This document shows positions 1 through 11,180 of a DNA stretch of 64,000 nucleotides, one piece after another. Location: NCBI RefSeq assembly GCF_004010195.1, contig NC_057718.1, forward strand, positions 18,689,577 through 18,753,576. Reading direction: 5' to 3'. Position numbers and translations under genes: made by a program. This stretch comes from Chiloscyllium plagiosum (taxonomy: Eukaryota). Below the pieces are notes generated by a model. It did no database searches and was not told where the DNA came from. It saw nothing but the letters and a program-made list of their open reading frames with translations. Within the stretch, counting starts at the first letter, position 1, and every line of letters begins with the position of its first letter.

Positions 1-2724
1 GAATCCTTTTTTAGAGATCTGAAGCTTCCGGGTGTGACTCCCGAACAACAGTCCTTTCTCAATGCCCCTTATCAGAGCAAGAAGTGCAGGAAGCTGTGAG
101 GCAGCTTCAGAGTGGAAAGGTGCCCGGTCCTGATGGACTTCCCAGTGAATTCTATACGGAATTTATAAGTATACTATCAGGCCCGATGCTGAATATGTTT
201 AATGATTCATACAGTCATGTTTGTCTCTCACCATCTCTGAGAGAAGCCAATATTTCACTTATCCTTAAAAAAGGGAAGGATCCAGAAGAATGTGCTTCAT
301 ACAGGCCCATCTCACTCTTAAATGTGGACTTTAAGATCCTCTCTAAGGCTCTTGCATTAAGGCTGGAGACTGTATTACCATCTATTATTAAAGAGGATCA
401 GATGGGCTTCATAAAGGGTCGCAGATCCTCCAATAACGTTAGGAGGCTGCTTAATGTAATTCAAGCATACCAATAGCAGTCAATACAGGGATTGTTGATT
501 TCTTAAGATGCAGAGAAGGCATTTGACCGAGTTGAGTGGCTGTACCTTTTCTATACTCTAGACCGGTTTGGTCTGGGAGAAGTTTTCATAAGATGGATAA
601 AGGTTCTCTACAGTGTCCCTCTCGCTGCGGTCATTACCAATGGGGTACGATCAAGCAATTTTAATATTTCTAGGGGCAGCCGGCAGGGCTGTCCCCTTTC
701 GCCATTACTTTTTACGTTGGTGATTGAACCGTTGGCAGAGGCCATTCGTGGGGATCTCAATATATCAGCTCCAGAAGTGGGGTCAAAATTACATAAGAAC
801 TCGCTGTATGCAGACGATGATCTAATTTTCTTGACAAATCCAGCAGTTTCAGTGCCTTGCCTGATACAATGCATTCACGCGTTTCGCGCTTTTCAGGGTA
901 TAAGATTAATTTTGCTAAATCAGAGGCTATGTCTCTGGGTGGTCTTATGAAAGAGTTGGCTCTTGAGAGTGACTATAGATTCCCATTTAGGTGGTCACAG
1001 AGGGGTTTTGTGTATTTGGGCATATTCTTTACTCCAGTTCTGGATTGGCTGTTCAAAGCCAATTTTACTCAATTATTTGAAAAAATTAAACAAGATCTCC
1101 AAAGATGGGAGGCACTTCCAGTCTCATGGTTGGGTCAGATAGCGCTTATTAAGATGAATATTCTCCCTCGTTTGCTCTACCCTATACGGATGCTCCCCCT
1201 GATTTTCAATAAACAAACACTCAGGAGACTGAACAGTTGGTTCAGCTCCTTTATCTCGCACCGTAAATGGCCCCTCATTAAATTAGCCAAACTGCAGTTG
1301 CCTCACAGATTGGGGGGAGTAGACCTTCCGGACATTAAAAATTACCAATTAAGCTCGCTTTTGACCTACGTAAGTGATTGGGGACCCTCTTTCAATATGG
1401 CTAGATATCGAAGTCTCCCAGGCAAGGTGCCCCCTTACCAGTAGTTAGGGAATATTGCCATAACCCAATAGTCATCAATACTGTTAAAGCATGGAGGGCA
1501 ATTCGGGGAGGGAAGGTAATATTGGCAAAACATCTTTGTTTACACCTTTAGTGGGTATGCCGAGTTTTCAACCGGGTATGATAGATTCAGGATTTAAACG
1601 TTGGGCAGCTCGGGGTATATCTTGCATGGGTGATTTATTTGAGGGAGATGTAATGATGTCCTTCGATCAGTTAGTATGGAAGTACGAGTTACCTAATAGA
1701 GACCTCTTTCATATTTTTCAAGTTAGGGATTTTATTCAAAAAAAGACCACACATTTGACTGATCCCTACGAATCTGACATAGAAAGAGCGGTACTAAGGG
1801 GTAAGAGTACACTTTCTGTCAGTAATCTATATCACCAATTGGGGGGTGCCACCTCAGATGAGTCTGATCGACTCTGCAAGATGTGGGAAAGTGAGCTGGG
1901 TGTTGAAGTTTCTTCAGAGGCAGGGAGGATATTTGGGAGAATGCAAGGAAGATATCAATTTGCAATAGGACCCATGCTTTACAGTTGAAGATTCTCCACA
2001 GGGTCCACTTAGCCCCAGACCGTTTGTCAAAATTTAAACCAGGGGTATCTTCGGCATGTCCCAAGTGCAAGGTCTGTACGGGTACTCTTACCCATTGTCT
2101 TTGGTCTTGTGACAGGCTTCAAACATATTGGAGCGCTGTGGTGGGTGCAATGGAGAGGATTTTAGGTGTGGGGGGAGAAGGACCCTATTTCGCTCCTTTT
2201 GGGCCTACCCATTTATTTCCTGCAGACTCGCATATGGGCCTACCCATTTATTTCCTGCAGACTCGCATAAGGCAAAACTTTTCAATATTCTTACATTCTG
2301 TGCAAGGAAGAATATCTTGCTAGGTTGGATATCAGAAAACCCCCCAGGCCTTTCGGGTTGGCGGAAGATTGTTATGGAGCATATTCCCCTGGATNNNNNN
2401 NNNNNNNNNNNNNNNNNNNNNNNNNNNNNNNNNNNNNNNNNNNNNNNNNNNNNNNNNNNNNNNNNNNNNNNNNNNNNNNNNNNNNNNNNNNNNNNNNNNN
2501 NNNNNNNNNNNNNNNNNNNNNNNNNNNNNNNNNNNNNNNNNNNAATTTTATACTTCTCTATATATGTTTATACATGCATATAGAAGGGTGGGTTGGGGAA
2601 TTTTTTTTATTATTTGGGTTTAGTTTTGTACTATTTTTTGTACTGTTTTGAATTGCATTGTTATGTATTTGTTGTAATATTTAAAAATCTATTTTTTCGT
2701 AATAAAAATATATTATATAAAAAA
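1..2724 (+). mobile_element. L1/Tx1-clade LINE, ORF2 RT and C-terminal zinc-finger region, disrupted, with 3' UTR and A-rich end
   Basis: Broken ORFs with GKVPGPDG, YRPISLLNVDFKIL, RQGCPLSPLLF, LYADD, FSGYKINFAKSE, KMNILPRLLY and CPKC..GTLTHCLWSC; stops and frameshifts; AATAAA/A-rich tail at about 2700-2724. Confidence 0.92.
2200..2269 (+). repeat. 35-bp tandem duplication inside the L1
   Basis: TGGGCCTACCCATTTATTTCCTGCAGACTCGCATA occurs twice head to tail. Confidence 0.9.
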
Positions 2725-3189
2725 CTATAAGCCTTGAATTGATCAATTGGCCAGTACTCAACTACCCTTTGTAACATGAGGTATGTAGGGGGAGACAGAT
2801 TGTTCCAAACATTGTACTTGACTTTCCGTGAAAATATCTTTCTCATCCATCCCTGCATACCCTAGGTCTAATTTTACAATTTTGCCCCCTTCACCTGGAC
2901 TCCCTCAGCAGATGAAATAATTTCTCTCGATCTACTCTATCAAGCCCTTTTGTTGTTCAACATATCTCCACCAGATCATCTTTAACCTTCTTCATTCAAG
3001 AAAATATAAGTCAGGCTTCTTAATGCAACCTATTTAGTCAGAGAATTACACCAGCATATTTCTGCTGTACCTCATCTAAGGACAATATCTCCTTCCTCAA
3101 GTGAATGCAATGTTGCAGACAGATGTCTGTTAACTAGATTTTAGACATTAAACCAACTTAATTTTAAGAATGACTCCCTTATTGTATTT

Positions 3190-3620
3190 TTATCGTGCCT
3201 TCAGAACTCAAGCATTACTCATGGACAGACAAAAATAAAAAAGGAGGTGGAGTTGCATTACCAGTTAAAGAACATATACAGTATACGCAATATCGAGGAA
3301 AGACATCCGTTCAGACAATGTCAAATCTTTTGTGGGTAGAATTGAAAAATACAAGAGGCAAAAAGACATTGTTGGGGCTGGCATATAGTCCATCAAACTG
3401 TTGTGGTCCTGTTTGAAATAGCATTAAACAGGAAATCAGAGATGCATGTATAATTATGGGTGACAATAATTTGCATATCGATTGGGTGATTCAAAGTAGT
3501 CATAATACCATAGTGGAGTAATTCCTAGAGTGTACACAGGATGATTTTCTGGAACAATACATTGAGGAACAGGCCATCTCAGACTGGTATTATGCAATGA
3601 GAAAAGAATAATTGGTAATT
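3190..3620 (+). mobile_element. CR1/HER1-type LINE, endonuclease fragment
   Basis: KKGGGVAL and LWVELKN...TLLGLAY motifs; resumes after the PLE insertion at about 5565. Confidence 0.8.
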
Positions 3621-3838
3621 GTTGTCAGAGCTGAAAATGTGTTGCTGGAAAAGTGCAGCAGGTCAGGCAGCATCCAAGGAATAATTGGTAGCTGGCAGAG
3701 CTGAAAATGTGTTGCTGGAAAAGTGCAGCAGGTCAGGCAGCATCCAAGGAACAGGAGAATAATTGGTAATTGTTGTCAGAGCTGAAAATGTGTTGCTGGA
3801 AAAGTGCAGCAGGTCAGGCAGCATCCAAGGAACAGGAG

Positions 3839-3874
3839 AATCGACGTTTCGGGCATAAGCCCTTCTTCAGGAAT
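3839..3874 (-). ncRNA. Minimal type I hammerhead ribozyme motif in pLTR
   Basis: Minus strand ATTC-CTGAAGA-A-GGGC TTAT GCCC-GAAAC-GTC-GATT. Confidence 0.7.
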
Positions 3875-5428
3875 GAGGAAAGTGTGTCCAGCAGGCTAAG
3901 ATAAAAGGTAGGGAGGAGGGACTTGGGGGAGGGGCTTTGGAAATGCGATAGGTGGAGGGAAGTCAAGGTGAGGGTGATAGGCCNNNNNNNNNNNNNNNNN
4001 NNNNNNNNNNNNNNNNNNNNNNNNNNNNNNNNNNNNNNNNNNNNNNNNNNNNNNNNNNNNNNNNNNNNNNNNNNNNNNNNNNNNNNNNNNNNNNNNNNNN
4101 NNNNNNNNNNNNNNNNNNNNNNNNNNNNNNNNNNNNNNNNNNNNNNNNNNNNNNNNNNNNNNNNNNNNNNNNNNNNNNNNNNNNNNNNNNNNNNNNNNNN
4201 NNNNNNNNNNNNNNNNNNNNNNNNNNNNNNNNNNNNNNNNNNNNNNNNNNNNNNNNNNNNNNNNNNNNNNNNNNNNNNNNNNNNNNNNNNNNNNNNNNNN
4301 NNNNNNNNNNNNNNNNNNNNNNNNNNNNNNNNNNNNNNNNNNNNNNNNNNNNNNNNNNNNNNNNNNNNNNNNNNNNNNNNNNNNNNNNNNNNNNNNNNNN
4401 NNNNNNNNNNNNNNNNNNNNNNNNNNNNNNNNNNNNNNNNNNNNNNNNNNNNNNNNNNNNNNNNNNNNNNNNNNNNNNNNNNNNNNNNNNNNNNNNNNNN
4501 NNNNNNNNNNNNNNNNNNNNNNNNNNNNNNNNNNNNNNNNNNNNNNNNNNNNNNNNNNNNNNNNNNNNNNNNNNNNNNNNNNNNNNNNNNNNNNNNNNNN
4601 NNNNNNNNNNNNNNNNNNNNNNNNNNNNNNNNNNNNNNNNNNNNNNNNNNNNNNNNNNNNNNNNNNNNNNNNNNNNNNNNNNNNNNNNNNNNNNNNNNNN
4701 NNNNNNNNNNNNNNNNNNNNNNNNNNNNNNNNNNNNNNNNNNNNNNNNNNNNNNNNNNNNNNNNNNNNNNNNNNNNNNNNNNNNNNNNNNNNNNNNNNNN
4801 NNNNNNNNNNNNNNNNNNNACCGCAAGAAATGCAAAACTTGCGCCCACACCTCCCCCCTTGCTTCCCTCCAAGGCCCCAAGGGATACTTCCAAATACGCC
4901 ACAAATTCACCTTCACCTCCACACACATCATTTATTGCATCCGCTGCACCCGATGTGGCCTCCTCTATATTGGGGAGACAGGCCGCCTACTTGCGGAAGG
5001 TTTCAGAGAACACCTCTGGGACACCCGGACCAATCAACCCAACCACCCCGTAGCCCAACATTTTAACTCCCCCTCCCACTCCACCAAGGACTTGCAGGTC
5101 ATTGGACTCCTCCATCGTCAGACCATAGCAACGCGACGGTTGGAGGAAGAGCGCCTCATCTTCTGCCTGGGAACCCTCCAACCACAAGGGATGAACTCAG
5201 ATTTCTCCAGTTTCCTCATTGAAAATCCCCCCACCTTGTCTCAGTCAAATCCCTCGAACTCAGCACCGCCTTCCTAACCTGCAATCATCTTCCTGACCTC
5301 TCCGCCCCCACCCCACTCCGGCCTATCACCCTCACGTAGACTTCCCTCCACCTATTGCATTTCCAAAGCCCATCCCCTAAGTCCCTCCTCCCTACCTTTT
5401 ATCTTAGCCTGCTGGACACACTTTCCTC

Positions 5429-5464
5429 ATTCCTGAAGAAGGGCTTATGCCCGAAACGTCGATT
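5429..5464 (+). ncRNA. Minimal type I hammerhead ribozyme motif in pLTR
   Basis: ATTC-CTGAAGA-A-GGGC TTAT GCCC-GAAAC-GTC-GATT: core boxes, intact stem II, palindromic ACGT stem III. Confidence 0.72.
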
Positions 5465-5564
5465 CTCCTGCTCCTTGGATGCTGCCTGACCTGCTGCGCT
5501 TTTCCAGCAACACATTTTCAGCTCTGATCTCCAGCATCTGCAGCCCTCACCTTCTCTCAAATAT

Positions 5565-6440
5565 AGTTGTCAGAGACTAGTTGGGAATGAGGAACCATCA
5601 TATAATAAAATTCTTCATCAAGGTGGAGAGAAAGGTAGTTGATTCCAAAATTAGTGACCAGAATCTTAATGAGAGAAATTACAATGAAATGACCAGGGAG
5701 CTAGCCATGATGGATTGGGAAATGTTACTGAAAGGAATAGTGGATAGGCAATAGCAAACATTCAAAGATCGAATGGGTGACCTACAAAAACTGTTTATTT
5801 CTGTGGCCAAATCATGGCATTTGATGGAAGTTAGAGATAGTATTGGATGCAAATAGGAGGCTCACAAATTTGCAAGAAAATACAACAGATCTCATGTGAA
5901 GAGAAAACATTGGTGGAAGCTAATGTAAGTGCCTAACAGAAATGGAGGAATTTATAATGCAGTATAAAGAAATAGCTGACAAGCTAAATTCATACTTTGC
6001 ATTTGTCTTCACAAAGGAGGACATGAATAATGTACCAGAAATGATGGGGAAGGGGTAAATGTAGGGGTATGGGTGGGTTGCGCTTCGGCGGGTCAGTGAA
6101 ATAGCTGACAAGCTAAATTCATACTTTGCATTTGTCTTCACAAAGGAGGACATGAATAATGTACCAGAAATGATGGGGAACACACAATTTAATGAGAGGG
6201 AGGAACTGAAGAAACCTGTATTCGTAGAGAAATGATGTTGGGAGATATTGATGGGATTGAAGGCTAATAAATCCCAGGGTCTGATAATCTACACCATAGA
6301 GTACTAAAGGAAGTAGGCCTCAAAATAGTAAATGCATTGATGGTCATCTTCTAAGATTCATTCGACTCTGGAAAAGTTCCTACAGATTGGAGGGTAGCTA
6401 AAATAACCCCTCTATTTCAAAAGGAAGCTAGAGAGAGTGT
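5565..6440 (+). mobile_element. CR1/HER1 LINE continuation (pre-RT region), decayed
   Basis: LNSYFAFVFTKED, KS.G.D..H.RVLKE and GKVPTDWRVA.ITPLF motifs. Confidence 0.8.
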
Positions 6441-6761
6441 GCCAGCTGTAGTGTGGAAGGTGCTAACAGACTCAATACGTTAGTCCTGCCATCACAGTAA
6501 TCAATTTGGTAAAGCTCTGTTGCACTTCCTCAATAGCAAGAACATCCTTCCTCAAATAAGGAGATCAAAGTGCATGCAATAATCCAGGTTTGGCCTCACC
6601 AACGTTCTGTCTCTTGTATAATTGTCGCAAGGCATTCTTGTTCCTGTATTTGAATTCGCTCACTATGAAAGTGAACGTACAGATGGGAGGGAGTTCCAGG
6701 ATGGTACAACTTGGAAGACTAAAGAAACATAAAGCATCACAGGTCAACACAGAATGTGACA

Positions 6762-6976
6762 AGATTAGAGTGGTGCTTGAAAAGCACAGCAGGTCAAGCA
6801 GCATCCGAGGAGCAGGAAAATCAACGTTTCGGGAATGAGACATCATTCTGGATTAAGGGCTTTTGCCTGAAATGTTGATTTTCCTGCTCCTTGGATGCTA
6901 CCTGACCTGCTGTGCTTTTCCAGCACCATTCTAATCTTGACTCTGATCTCCAGCATCTGCAGTCCTCACTTTCACC
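6762..6976. mobile_element. Palindromic non-coding PLE mini-element
   Basis: Inverted pLTR arms; TSD CACAGAATGT(G/A)ACA at 6748-6761 and 6977-6990. Confidence 0.85.
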
Positions 6977-7302
6977 CACAGAATGTAACAGTCATTTCAG
7001 AGTTTGAAAAGCATCCCCCAGTGGGGCTGGTTGACTGAGAACACATGGTGCAAAGAAACAGTCTTAGTGCAGACATGTAATGAAGGTTACCATAGTCACT
7101 TTTGCATCTCTCTGCTTCTGAAAATTTATTTTTGAACCTAGCTAAGTTTAAATACATGGGTTCAAAGAAAGGGAAAAGAGTTGTTCAAAGCACAAGAGCT
7201 ATGGACTATTACAATGCACTACTTATTGTAAGTTATCAGAGTAACATTTCCATTTTCACAACATCTGGCTGAATCATTCTACCACTTTGGGATGAAATAG
7301 GT

Positions 7303-7725
7303 AAAGTTTACGAAGCACTTTTAGTAGACCACTTTAACTGAAGTGTTGATAATTAGATAGCACCCATTTGTAAGTGAAATGGCCGGGCTTTGATGCAAGG
7401 AAGGTTCTGCCTTCAGTCAGGATCCCAAGGTTTTGTTTCTTCCTGGCAATTGTTGGTGTCTGGAGTTATCGCTGAAGTAAGCTCCAAGTGTCTGACTTCT
7501 TTATATGGTTTCACTCCAATCCTCCAGAATTTACCATGACCATGTGACTTGATAGGCCCCTGGTGACTTGTGGGGCCATTGTCCGTTCTTTGTTCTTCTT
7601 ATCTGTCCTTGAGCAGTTTCATTCTGCTTTATCAGCCTGACCCATTAAACTCCAGCCGCTGTGGCTCCATAGCTCTCAGGCCACAGGCAGAAGTGATTGT
7701 TGAAACTTTCCACAGCAATGGCACA
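7303..7725. repeat. Left arm of a 423-bp inverted duplication
   Basis: Reverse complement of 8949-9371; three transitions seen on manual comparison. Confidence 0.95.
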
Positions 7726-7837
7726 ATTTCTTTCTGTTTATTTTATTTTTTCTCTCTTTTCTTTTTTGTCACTTTTATTTTATTTACCTCTTGAGAAAGA
7801 ACTTGGTCAAGGCAACGGCATCCATCAGTGGCAATAT

Positions 7838-7933
7838 GTAGGCCCAGCAGCATGGACTCAAGTAGGCCCAGCAGCATGGACTCAAGTACACCCAACAGCG
7901 TGAACTTGAATAGGCCCAGCTACATGGACTCAC
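7838..7933 (+). repeat. 24-bp minisatellite, about 4 copies
   Basis: GTAGGCCCAGCAGCATGGACTCAA twice, plus two degenerate units; lies in a probable LINE 3' UTR fragment ending in a (CAAA)-rich tail at about 8460. Confidence 0.8.
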
Positions 7934-8948
7934 AGTAGCAGCTTCAGAGTAAGGTTGGGTTCCCAGCTGCTTCTGGCAAGGTGTACTAAGCACTGATTGA
8001 TGGCTGCTAAAGCGGAGGTGAGTTTGGGTTGTCAGCAGCATCTGCATCGAGCACAGATTCAAGAAGGCAGCTGCGGAGGTGAGTTCGGGCCCAGTATGAG
8101 ACTGCATCTGCGAGGTGGGCCCAAAGCAGACTCGTGGCAGCGGAGGAGTCAAGTTTGGTACCCAGCAGCATCAGTGGTGGCCGCATTGGCGAGATCCAGT
8201 GAGGACTCACCGTGGTGAGATGTGGGGGTGAGCTGACCCAGCATGGCAAAGAGTACTCATACTTGGCCACCAGGCCCATGGCCCAAGGTGAGCACTGAAG
8301 AAGGACTGTAAAGTTGAACACCTTTCCTTTATTTCTTCATTTTTCTGCCTCTGTACTCTATGTTTTGGCTTATTTTTATGTGTTTTGAGATGGTGACATT
8401 ATATAACACTTTTCACTGCATTTTGCAACAAATACATCAAATCAAACCAAAACCAAACCAACTTATTTGCGATATCAGAGCAAGCCTTTCTTTTTCTTTT
8501 CTCTTTGGGATCATTCTTAGGGAGCAGTGTGGTACGAAAATCCACATTTTTCATGTTGCTGGAAGCACAGTACTGTCTCGAAGGATGAATGGCCTTTTGC
8601 CATTTCTGTGACATTTTCCAGTTTCTTTGGAAAGCTTAAACTGTGAGGAACCTGCAAGGTTTCTCATTTTTGATTAGAGCTAAGCAGCTTGAATGGAAGG
8701 TTGCTATATGGCTAAAAGCTAAAACCCTGAAGAAAGATGGACCCTGGTGAACTGCTCACACAGGTTTCCTCATGTTTTTCTTGTGGACAGCCCTGACCTT
8801 AGAACAGCGGATCTAGTCAGATGAATAGTGTCAGGAGAGAGCTCATTATTTGGCCAGAACAGTCAGTATCAGGAAGAGGCATTGAGCAGAAGGGACATTT
8901 GAAGCCTGAGTGGTTGCAACAAACATCCCAAAAGGGCTGCTGGGAAAG

Positions 8949-9371
8949 TGTGCCATTGCTGTGGAAAGTTTCAACAATCACTTCTGCCTGTGGCCTGAGA
9001 GCTATGGAGCCACAGCGGCTGGAGTTTAATGGGTCAGGCTGATAAAGCAGAATGAAACTGCTCAAGGACAGATAAGAAGAACAAAGAACGGACAATGGCC
9101 CCACAAGTCACCAGGGGCCTATCAAGTCACATGGTCATGGTAAATTCTGGAGGATTGGAGTGAAACCATATAAAGAAGTCAGACACTTGGAGCTCACTTC
9201 AGCGATAACTCCAGACACCAACAATTGCCAGGAAGAAACAAAACCTCGGGATCCTGACTGAAGGCAGAACCTTCCTTGCATCAAAGCCTGGCCATTTCAC
9301 TTACAAATGGGTGCTATCTAATTATCAACACTTCAGTTAAAGTGGTCTACTAAAAGTGCTTCGTAAACTTT
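8949..9371. repeat. Right arm of the 423-bp inverted duplication
   Basis: Reverse complement of 7303-7725. Confidence 0.95.
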
Positions 9372-10365
9372 TACATGTACTTTTGTAAAGTGGTCTACTT
9401 AAATGTTCCATTAAAGTGCTTCCGTAGAATTATTGCATGAAAAGTACCAGTTAAAGTGCTCTACTTCAGCGCTTCAGTAAAGGTACTGTGTGTATGAAGG
9501 GATTTTTTGAGAATCCAGCACTAAGAGCCATCAGGAATCAAAGGATCAAGTGTTATGAGCTTAATGTCCACTTTCTTCAGATGATTGTAAGGCAAATACA
9601 ATCAGCAAAGGGCTACCAGCTAGAAGTGGACAAGATTATTAACCACAGGAGACCAACACGGGATGCAATGGATAGGGTACCCTTCATTGTCCAGTATTTC
9701 CTAGGAGCAGAGAAACTACGCTATGTTCCTCGCAGCCTGCAACACATTATCAATGAAGATAAGCACCTCACCAAGACCTTCCCTACACCTCCACTTCTTG
9801 CCTTTAAACAACTGCCAAATGTGGAACAGACCATTGTTCACAGCAAACTGCCCAGCCTTCAGGACAATATCGACCACAACACCGTACAACCCTGTCATGG
9901 CAACCACTGCAAGATGTGTCAGAGTGTCGACACAGATACCACCATTACACATGGGGACACTACACACCACGTGTGCGGCAGGTACTCATGTGACTCAGCC
10001 AACGTTGTCTATCTGATACACTGCAGGTAAGGATGCCCCGAGGTATGGTCCATTGATGAGACAAAGTAGATGCTACGACAACGAATGAATATATACTGTG
10101 CAACAGTAGCCAGAAAGGGATGTTCCCTCCCAGCTGGGGAACACTTCAGTGGCCAGGGACATTCAGCTTCGGATCTTTGGGTGACCGTCCTCCAAGGCAG
10201 GCTTTGGAATATGCAACAACGCAGAATGGCTGAACAGAGACTGATAGGCATGAGGATGGCCTCAACCAGGACCTTGGATTCATGTCACACTACAGGTGAC
10301 CCCACTACACTATGCACTCTCACACACACACACCTACATAATAACAGACCCTCTCTCATACACAT

Positions 10366-10975
10366 TGTCACAAAACTGGTCCTGTTTTTTCTAAAAGCTG
10401 TTCTTTTTCTCAAGGATACTGTGTTCATGATATTTTTCAGAGGGGTCATAAACCAGGCCGGACGCTGATTACACTGGTATGGAGATTAAAGGGTATAGAG
10501 AGGCCTTTTTGTTTATATGTAAACAGTTGAGTCTTCAAAGTGGTCATGTTTTAGAAGTGACCTGTACAATGAAAAGGAATCAGCTCTCTAGCTGAGCAGT
10601 TCAGACCTGAACTAGTTGGAAGATCAACAGTGAGCTGTGTGGAAACTCTCTCTCTCTTTCTGCCCTTCTAACTTCAACCTGTAAGCATCTGTTCCTTTTT
10701 TTTCCACTCTGTTTTAAAGGGGTTTGCTTATTGGGACCGTTATATATATTTGGAATAGCATAATTAAGTCCAGTTTGAATAGACTGAATTCTGTACGGGT
10801 TCTTTATTCTGGTCTTTGTGTTTCATTGTTTAATTTTCTGAATACATTTCTATCTGTTTTACTCAGAGTAAGCTGGGTATTTCTCACTGTACACTTACCG
10901 AAACAAATTGCAAAGTTATGGTCTGGGTTGCCTGCTCAAGAATGTTTTTTGAGTGGTCTGGCCTAGTCCATAACA
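10366..10975. mobile_element. Solo LTR (probably Gypsy-type), 610 bp
   Basis: TGTCACA...ATAACA termini with a perfect 4-bp TSD ACAT (10362-10365, 10976-10979). Confidence 0.85.
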
Positions 10976-11084
10976 ACATGCTCTCTCTCAGGCACACACA
11001 CAGTCCCCACACTCACACCCATGCGCACATCCTCTCACAGGCATTTACTCCCATCACACTCACACACATACTCTAGCAAGCATG

Positions 11085-11180
11085 CGCACACATGCACACT
11101 CTCACTCTCACACACACACTCAAACTCACACACACACACACACACGAACACACTCTCTCCCTCACACGCATGCACACACA
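11085..11180 (+). repeat. CA-rich microsatellite in the PLE 3' region
   Basis: Imperfect (CA)n/(CT)n tract. Confidence 0.85.

Larger units (their letters stand above)
3775..5558 (+). mobile_element. Penelope-like element with GIY-YIG endonuclease C-terminus and inverted pLTRs
   Basis: IYCIRCTRCGLLYIGETGR..FREH..VAQHFN..EERLIF.LGTLQPQGMN (4820-5200); 3775-3983 is the reverse complement of about 5320-5527; GTTGTCAGAG on both flanks; middle lies in a gap. Confidence 0.92.

Noticed and set aside
3607..3840. Three tandem copies of the CR1/pLTR junction, superficially array-like
   Set aside because: Repeated junction next to an N gap with no unique spacers; probable assembly stutter, not CRISPR.
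3814..5277. Long ORFs of 320-440 aa in the ORF track (also 2128-2651 and 18993-20475)
   Set aside because: They run through N gaps or fuse PLE and CR1 frames by chance.
5969..6179. About 80-bp exact direct repeat flanking a 48-bp HE1 snippet
   Set aside because: Too long and exact for a TSD in an otherwise old element. Similar duplications at 15141-15222/16059-16140 and 63768-63807/63961-64000 suggest gap-filling artefacts; needs long reads.
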